From: an uncultured Acidobacteriota bacterium
GTDB taxonomy: Bacteria > Acidobacteriota > Blastocatellia > RBC074
Assembly: GCA_963743425.1 (NCBI GenBank)
Contig: CAVUPU010000001.1
Location: 302,003 to 366,002 of the forward strand
Direction: 5' to 3'
DNA: 64,000 nucleotides
Shown piece after piece: positions 57,038 to 64,000 of the stretch; position 1 is the first letter of the stretch; the number at the start of each line of letters is the position of its first letter. Position numbers and translations under genes: made by a program. The notes under the pieces are model-generated. The model was not told the origin of the DNA. It ran no database searches and was given only the letters and a program-made list of their open reading frames with translations.

Positions 57038-57637
57038 TCAGGCAGTTGCTTCAACCCCCACCGGATCTTCCTTCAAACTCCGATCTAAAAGGTCGTGGAG
57101 GCTTTGCGCTTCATGCGGATGTCCGTACCCGCGAATAATTCGCGCCGGGCCGATCACGACTGATGTGGGGTAGCTGGAGACGTGATAGAGCTTCGCAATC
57201 TCTTCCGCTTCATCCGAGATGAGAGAAATATCTTCACTCAAGCGCCTGGCGAAGAAGGTAACCGCTTCATTTCCTCCCCGGCAGACGGCGATGATCGGAG
57301 GCAGCCCGCTCAGAGGATATCGCCCGAGGCTTTCCGCCAACCCTCTACATACCCTACATTCCCTGGATAGAAAGAGCAGCGCCCCGCCTCCATCCAGATT
57401 ATGGATTCCCACCCGTTTGCCCGATCGCGCGTCAAAGCCCGCAAAATCGGGAGTTCTACTGCCGGTGGGGAGAAAATCATCATCCTGGAGGTCTTCCTCC
57501 GCACCCTCTCCCCATGTCTGTTTGATCAAGTCACGCAATTCTTCCAGACGACGAAGAAGCGCCAGAACCAACAAGCCTTGAAATAGTACCAGGATCCAAA
57601 CTGCAATGTAGCTGATATAAAACAGATCAGAATTCAT
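57038..57637 (-). CDS. Membrane-anchored thioredoxin-fold protein (CRVC), MauD/TlpA-like
   Basis: The N-terminal TM is FYISYIAVWILVLFQGLLVLALL. It continues TPDFAGFDARSGKRV...ALLFLSRECRVCRGL...YHVSSYPTSVVIG, which has a cis-Pro-like motif. Confidence 0.65.
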   Translation of the reverse strand: MNSDLFYISYIAVWILVLFQGLLVLALLRRLEELRDLIKQTWGEGAEEDLQDDDFLPTGSRTPDFAGFDARSGKRVGIHNLDGGGALLFLSRECRVCRGLAESLGRYPLSGLPPIIAVCRGGNEAVTFFARRLSEDISLISDEAEEIAKLYHVSSYPTSVVIGPARIIRGYGHPHEAQSLHDLLDRSLKEDPVGVEATA

Positions 57638-57987
57638 ACGCTTTGATTCAACCAGCGATGCTCAATTTGTGTTTCAACTAAGTAACAGCGCCTCTTCGAG
57701 TTATGATCATTCGCGTTTGCGTTGCGACGTAGCCGACGGTGAATCGAACGACCGAAGTTATCACGTTTTCAGGCTTCTGGATAAGACAAATATATCATAA
57801 TCATGGCGCAGCGCAAACTCGTATGTCCTGAAGAATTCCTCAAAAAAAGCTGAGCGAGTTACAAGTGAGGTACAAGCGGCGTCTGATTTTGGTAACTTGA
57901 TTTGAGCTCTGCGGAGCTTTTGGCGCAAACAGGATTGGCTCAATAGCTGTTTCTGGGAGCAATAGGCGGCGCGGCTGCGCAAGCAGA

Positions 57988-58017
57988 AAGGCCAGTCATC
58001 GGTTGATGACTGGCCTT
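57988..58017 (-). terminator. Intrinsic terminator downstream of rpoD
   Basis: Perfect 13-bp stem aaggccagtcatc / gatgactggcctt with a 4-nt loop, 28 nt after the rpoD stop. A modest T-rich tract follows on the minus strand. Confidence 0.6.
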
Positions 58018-58044
58018 GAATGGATTAAGTGGGGCCGCAGCTCT

Positions 58045-59757
<1,713 letters not shown>

Positions 59758-60057
59758 CTCTTTTCACTCTCATTTACGTGCGCGGAGCGGACAAAAGTTT
59801 TGGCATCTCCCTCTTTTTTTACTTCTTCAGCCTTTCAATTCTTAGACGCCGTTTTGAAATTCCAACCCCAGCGGGGCGAAATGTTTATAGTTTGCGAGAG
59901 CGTCCATTTCCCAAGCTCCGTGAGGAGCGAAATGTGTCAGATGCCGCTCCTAACGGAGCTAAAGAACAAAAGCGCGCCATAAACTATAAACGTTTCGCTC
60001 CTCACGGAGCTGAAAGCATTATGCTTTGGTCAAACAACCGAATTTCCAAACACAGTC

Positions 60058-61872
60058 TTACTGATTGCTCCACTGCGCCAAACTCTGCCGCTGCCTTGTT
60101 AGCTCAAGCTTGAGCATCGATAGCTCGTCGAGGCGCGTAATTTCGTTATTGCGCTGTGCTTGGTTTATCTCTATTTGCAGCGCCGCGAGTTTTTCGATTA
60201 CGTTCGCTAAACGCAAACCATAGAGACTTTCCACTGCCTCGCGCTCAGCGCGTTCCGGCGAACTATGCTTCGCTAGGCTGGAGGCGGAAGAATTGCTAAT
60301 TATCAAGCCCGGCAGCAAGTCGCGCGCCAAATCCTCATCGTCCAACGCCTGGCTCAGATTGTGATAGTTGGCCTCGACTCCCTTTCGCTCGAAATCAAAG
60401 ATCAGCCGGAAGAGTTGAGCCGTCCTTAGCCCTTCGTAATCTTCTTCACTCATTTGAAACATCATGAGCCGTCGAACAGCGGCCTGGTTGATTAAAATTT
60501 CTAGCAATTTTCGCTCCGCGAACTTGACAACCAGGGTCGCTTTGATAGCTCTTTCACTGACCCGTTCTAAACGGGTGTCAGCAGCCTTCTTGAACTCCTC
60601 TCGGATCAGGCGACTGTCAATTTTCAGACGGTCGGCGATGCGCTCGAAATGCTCGGCCCGTTCGATGCGATCTTTGACCAAACGTAGATACGGGAGAATT
60701 GCGTTAATCGTTTCGACTTTACCGGTAGGACGGCTCTGGTCATTGGATTTGATGGCCTGGTCAACGATGTAATCCAAAAAGGGCTGCGAGCTTTTCAAAA
60801 GCTTTAAGTAGCCTTCCGGCCCGTGCGCTCTGATGTACTCATCGGGGTCCAAGTTGTCTGGCAGAGTCAGCACGTTGACCCTGAAAGCCTCAGTTAAAAG
60901 TAACTCCAGACTGCGTTTGGTCGCGGCCTGACCAGCCGAATCGGGGTCGAAGTTGACCACGATTCGCCGCGCGTAGCGCCCAAGCAGCCGCGCCTGATCC
61001 TCGGTTAGCGCCGTACCGAGACTGGCGACCAGATTCCTGACGCCCGCCTGAAATGGAATAAGAAAGTCCAGGTAACCTTCGACCAGGATCGCATAACTAC
61101 GCTGGCGAATGGCGTCTCGCGCGTGGTTCAGGCCGAACAGATGCATTCCTTTGATGTAGAGCGGAGTTTCAGGCGAATTGAGATATTTCGGCTCCCCGTC
61201 GCCCAGAATTCGCCCGCCGAAGGCGATGATCCGCCCCTGCGTGTCGCAGATCGGGAACATCAGACGATTGCGAAAACGGTCGTAAAATCCGCCTGTTTCT
61301 CTCAATGTCACCAGGCCGCTACGCTCGATCTGGGGTGTTGATGCGCCGCGCGAACGAAGGTAGCCGCTCATCGCGTCATAACTGTTCGGCGCGTAGCCCA
61401 GGCGAAAAGCTTTCCGCGTCTCTTCGTTCACGCCGCGTCGGGTCAGATAATCGAGCGCGCGCCGGCCTTCGGCGGTCTCGATCAGATTCTGCTCAAAAAA
61501 CTCGGTCGCCCATTGGTTGAGCCGCATCAGCTCATCGCGCTGGCTCGCGCGCTCCTCGTATTCGCGCGCATTGTCGGTCTCTACCGGGACCGTTACGCCG
61601 GACTTTTCGGCGACGATGCGAACCGCTTCAGGAAAGGAGCAGCCTTCGATCTCCATAATAAAGTCGAAGACGCCGCCTCCCTTGGAACAGCCGAAGCATT
61701 TGAAAATCTGTTTGCCCTGACTCACGTAAAAACTGGGGGTCTTTTCGTTGTGAAAAGGGCAGCAGGCAGCCCAGTCGCGCCCCTTTTTTTTCAACGAGAC
61801 GTAGTCGGAGATTATCCGCACAATGTCGGCCTGATTGCGTAACTCTTCGCTAAAACCGCGCGGGATTCGCAT
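60058..61872 (-). CDS. dnaG: DNA primase DnaG
   Basis: The zinc finger is [15 protein letters not shown]...[10 protein letters not shown] and the TOPRIM segment is AILVEGYLD. The start is set at MRIPRGF (61872), because the longer ORF reads through a repeat hairpin. Confidence 0.9.
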   Translation of the reverse strand: MRIPRGFSEELRNQADIVRIISDYVSLKKKGRDWAACCPFHNEKTPSFYVSQGKQIFKCFGCSKGGGVFDFIMEIEGCSFPEAVRIVAEKSGVTVPVETDNAREYEERASQRDELMRLNQWATEFFEQNLIETAEGRRALDYLTRRGVNEETRKAFRLGYAPNSYDAMSGYLRSRGASTPQIERSGLVTLRETGGFYDRFRNRLMFPICDTQGRIIAFGGRILGDGEPKYLNSPETPLYIKGMHLFGLNHARDAIRQRSYAILVEGYLDFLIPFQAGVRNLVASLGTALTEDQARLLGRYARRIVVNFDPDSAGQAATKRSLELLLTEAFRVNVLTLPDNLDPDEYIRAHGPEGYLKLLKSSQPFLDYIVDQAIKSNDQSRPTGKVETINAILPYLRLVKDRIERAEHFERIADRLKIDSRLIREEFKKAADTRLERVSERAIKATLVVKFAERKLLEILINQAAVRRLMMFQMSEEDYEGLRTAQLFRLIFDFERKGVEANYHNLSQALDDEDLARDLLPGLIISNSSASSLAKHSSPERAEREAVESLYGLRLANVIEKLAALQIEINQAQRNNEITRLDELSMLKLELTRQRQSLAQWSNQ

Positions 61873-61896
61873 TCCGGGAAGAACCAATTCCTGTTG

Positions 61897-61961
61897 GGAG
61901 TAGGGAGTGGGGAGTAGGGAGTGGAGAAACTCTTTCCCCATTCCCCATTCCCCACTCCCCA
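61897..61961. repeat. Imperfect inverted arrays of GGGAGT(A/G)-type short repeats between mutS2 and dnaG
   Basis: gggagtagggagtggggagtagggagtggag ... ccccattccccattccccactccccac. This could form a hairpin right after the mutS2 stop. Confidence 0.6.

Positions 61962-64000
<2,039 letters not shown>

Overview
64-kb chromosomal window at roughly 55-60% GC by eye. It is probably from an Acidobacteriota genome, judged from three paralogous CarboxypepD_reg-type TonB-dependent receptors of more than 1100 aa, a VWA protein that looks TIGR03436-like, and many long perfect palindromic intergenic repeats. The backbone genes are: an MFS transporter; a sigma-54 activator divergent from a MacAB/DevBCA-like efflux operon; two amidohydrolases; a GH29 fucosidase; an ECF sigma / anti-sigma / DUF4097 / VWA cluster; an M1 aminopeptidase; and the mutS2-dnaG-rpoD housekeeping block. 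Several accessory modules interrupt this backbone. (1) A 5-kb insertion carries higBA and a TIR-STAND-HEAT-repeat protein. It is bracketed by two diverged copies of the MFS gene 3' end and followed by a low-GC gene with a HEPN motif. (2) A TIGR04222-like membrane protein with a Cys/Gly/Ser-rich tail is translationally coupled to a DUF692 (MNIO) enzyme. (3) There is one truncated TnpB relic and one intact compact TnpB-like gene with no tnpA. (4) A low-GC island with two divergent TIR-domain genes is inserted into a vapC toxin gene. It lies next to an NpmA/KamB-like 16S rRNA methyltransferase homologue. (5) A five-gene operon resembles a methylamine-dehydrogenase maturation module (MauE-like protein, two membrane-anchored CxxC thioredoxin-fold proteins, a polytopic membrane protein). 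It ends in a Tat-signal precursor with 15 Cys and has no dehydrogenase heavy chain in the window. I rate this the best candidate for an undescribed system. Two in-frame TGA codons sit at likely redox-Cys positions, which raises possible selenocysteine use. Five genes carry single-base frame breaks, four of them in 2-4 nt mononucleotide runs, so they are either assembly errors or real pseudogenes. I recognised no rRNA, tRNA or CRISPR array. All family assignments come from motif recognition by eye, not from searches.
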